Part shown: in pieces, positions 62,538-64,000 of the stretch
Layout of the letters: every line of letters begins with the position of its first letter
How positions within the stretch are numbered: the stretch's first letter is position 1
From: an uncultured Planctomycetia bacterium
GTDB lineage: Bacteria; Planctomycetota; Planctomycetia; Pirellulales; Thermoguttaceae
Direction of reading: 5' to 3'
Length of the DNA stretch: 64,000 nucleotides
Assembly (NCBI GenBank): GCA_963775975.1
Contig: CAVZKX010000002.1
Location: 2,996,502-3,060,501 of the forward strand
The notes under the pieces: model-generated
What the model was told of the DNA's origin: nothing
The model's database searches: none
Seen by the model: the letters and a program-made list of their open reading frames with translations, nothing else
Position numbers and translations under genes: made by a program

Positions 62538-63959
62538 TCAATCGCTGAGCGAGCACATCGGATGCCAGCGGGGCAGGACGACCGGCTTCTGGTCGAGCAT
62601 CTTGACGACAGACTTCGGCAAATAATTCTTCTTGACGACGATCAAGAACAGGTGTTCGTTGAACCAGTTGTCGTAGAGCGACCAGTAGCCGTCGTGGCCC
62701 TTCTCCTTGCCCCAACTGTTCTCCACCAGCCATTTGACCGGCTTGTCGCCCTGCAGGTCGACGCCCATCAGCACCATGGCGTGGTTCGGCGTACTGTCCC
62801 AGTAGGTCCAGCGCTCGGCCTTGTCGAGCTTCTCGCTCGCGCCGAAGATCGAGTCGTAGTCGTGGACGCCGACCTCCATGATCCCGTGCGGGCCGTCCTG
62901 GTCCTTGGACACGTCGGCGGCGAACCAGACGGGCTGCTTGTCCAACACCGACTTCAGCGCGGCCGCGCGGAGCACGTCGATCTTCATGTTCAGATAATGG
63001 ATGTCGCGCTCGCCGTAAATGTCGCGGGAATGCGATAGCTCGTAGACCTTGCCGTATTCCTGGCCGGGCACGTTGCCGATCTGCACGTAGTCGTCCAGAT
63101 CGGTCTCAGCCACCCATTCCTTCCAGAACGACTGCGGCGTGTACGTCTTCTCCGCGCTGAGCTTGCCGTCCTTGTCCTCGTAGCGCCAGTTGAACTTCGT
63201 CGGCGGCTCTCCGAGGTTCATCACGAGGATGCGGTAAGTATCGGCGAGGGCCTTCTCCTTGACGTTCCGGATCTCATCCACCGACTTGCCCTCCTGCTTG
63301 AGCTTGCGAAGCTTGACGGCGGCCGCCTTCAGCCGGTCGCGGATCACGTGGTTCATCTGGACGGTGTGCGACGAGCCGTGCGTTTCCGGCATGATCTCGA
63401 TCGGCACCGCGCCGTACTTCTTCGTCAACGCGGTGACAAAGTCCCACATGCCGCCATCCTGGAATCCTTCCATGAGGATGTTCTGCACGTCGCGGTCCAG
63501 CGGATCGCGGTCGGCCGTCTCGATGATGTCTTCAAGAAAGCAGTTGGCCTTTTCTAGCTTGTCCCAGAAAGCAATATAATTCTCGGAAAGTTCGAGCTTG
63601 CCCAGTTTGTGCTTTTTCATCAGTTCCGGCCGCATGACATTCAGCGAGGCGAAGAGCCAGCAGCGGCCCGACGTCTGCTGATTCGTGACCGGGCCAGTCT
63701 TGATCTTGTTATTGAACAGATCGTTGTGCTTGCTGACGATCTCGCGATTCAAGGCAAGCTGGCTGATGTCGAGGCTCGACACCGCGTTGTAGACGGCACG
63801 GGCGTGATCGTCCATGCGGAATGAATCGCGAAGCGCCGCGACCGCTTGCGGCGAGAGGCTGCCGTCGCAGGCCGCCGCGCGGCCGGCCGGCGCAGTGGCC
63901 AAAAGGCAGATCGTGAGGGCGGTCAAGGAACAAAACAAGGTCGGGCGCGCGGTTTTCAT
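62538..63959 (-). CDS. aminopeptidase C / bleomycin hydrolase-type cysteine peptidase (C1B), secreted
   Basis: Signal peptide. QQTSGRCWLFASLN (catalytic Cys) and HAMVLMGV (His). Confidence 0.85.
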   Translation of the reverse strand: MKTARPTLFCSLTALTICLLATAPAGRAAACDGSLSPQAVAALRDSFRMDDHARAVYNAVSSLDISQLALNREIVSKHNDLFNNKIKTGPVTNQQTSGRCWLFASLNVMRPELMKKHKLGKLELSENYIAFWDKLEKANCFLEDIIETADRDPLDRDVQNILMEGFQDGGMWDFVTALTKKYGAVPIEIMPETHGSSHTVQMNHVIRDRLKAAAVKLRKLKQEGKSVDEIRNVKEKALADTYRILVMNLGEPPTKFNWRYEDKDGKLSAEKTYTPQSFWKEWVAETDLDDYVQIGNVPGQEYGKVYELSHSRDIYGERDIHYLNMKIDVLRAAALKSVLDKQPVWFAADVSKDQDGPHGIMEVGVHDYDSIFGASEKLDKAERWTYWDSTPNHAMVLMGVDLQGDKPVKWLVENSWGKEKGHDGYWSLYDNWFNEHLFLIVVKKNYLPKSVVKMLDQKPVVLPRWHPMCSLSD

Positions 63960-64000
63960 GTTTCAATCTCGGTGTATGTGAGGTCGGTTCTAATGGAACT

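Overview
GC-rich bacterial chromosomal window. Gene content and the repeat peptides suggest a planctomycete (inference only). I see four main things. (1) The left edge is the right-hand part of an integrative element: a RecA-fold ATPase, an iteron-like repeat block, small translationally coupled ORFs and a tyrosine integrase, inserted at the 3' end of tRNA-Arg(TCT). (2) Most of the window is housekeeping genes: an ntrC-type regulator, mutL, aroD/E, ribBA, infA, bglX, nfo, topA, acpS, nrdR, an IscA-type gene, a QueD-like gene, DAHP synthase, a TolC-type gene and a PepC-type peptidase. (3) The most system-like locus is at 46.8-56.1 kb. A PilM-like actin-fold protein is fused to a transmembrane (TM) and periplasmic region and is followed by two very large single-TM proteins. 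This operon is divergent from an HD-GYP / PilZ / AAA+ ATPase module, and no secretin, pilin or PilB/T/C gene is visible. (4) Intergenic space is saturated with hairpin repeats, many headed by GTAG(G). There are also locus-specific low-complexity 'word' hairpins, a 19-unit heptamer array, and a 1.1-kb ORF-free repeat mosaic. Copies of the same palindromes sit in frame inside bglX and mutL, and a comparable hairpin sits in topA. At least six genes need a single-nucleotide frame correction as assembled. Each can be explained at a short homopolymer, so assembly indels must be excluded before calling pseudogenes. No rRNA or CRISPR array was found.
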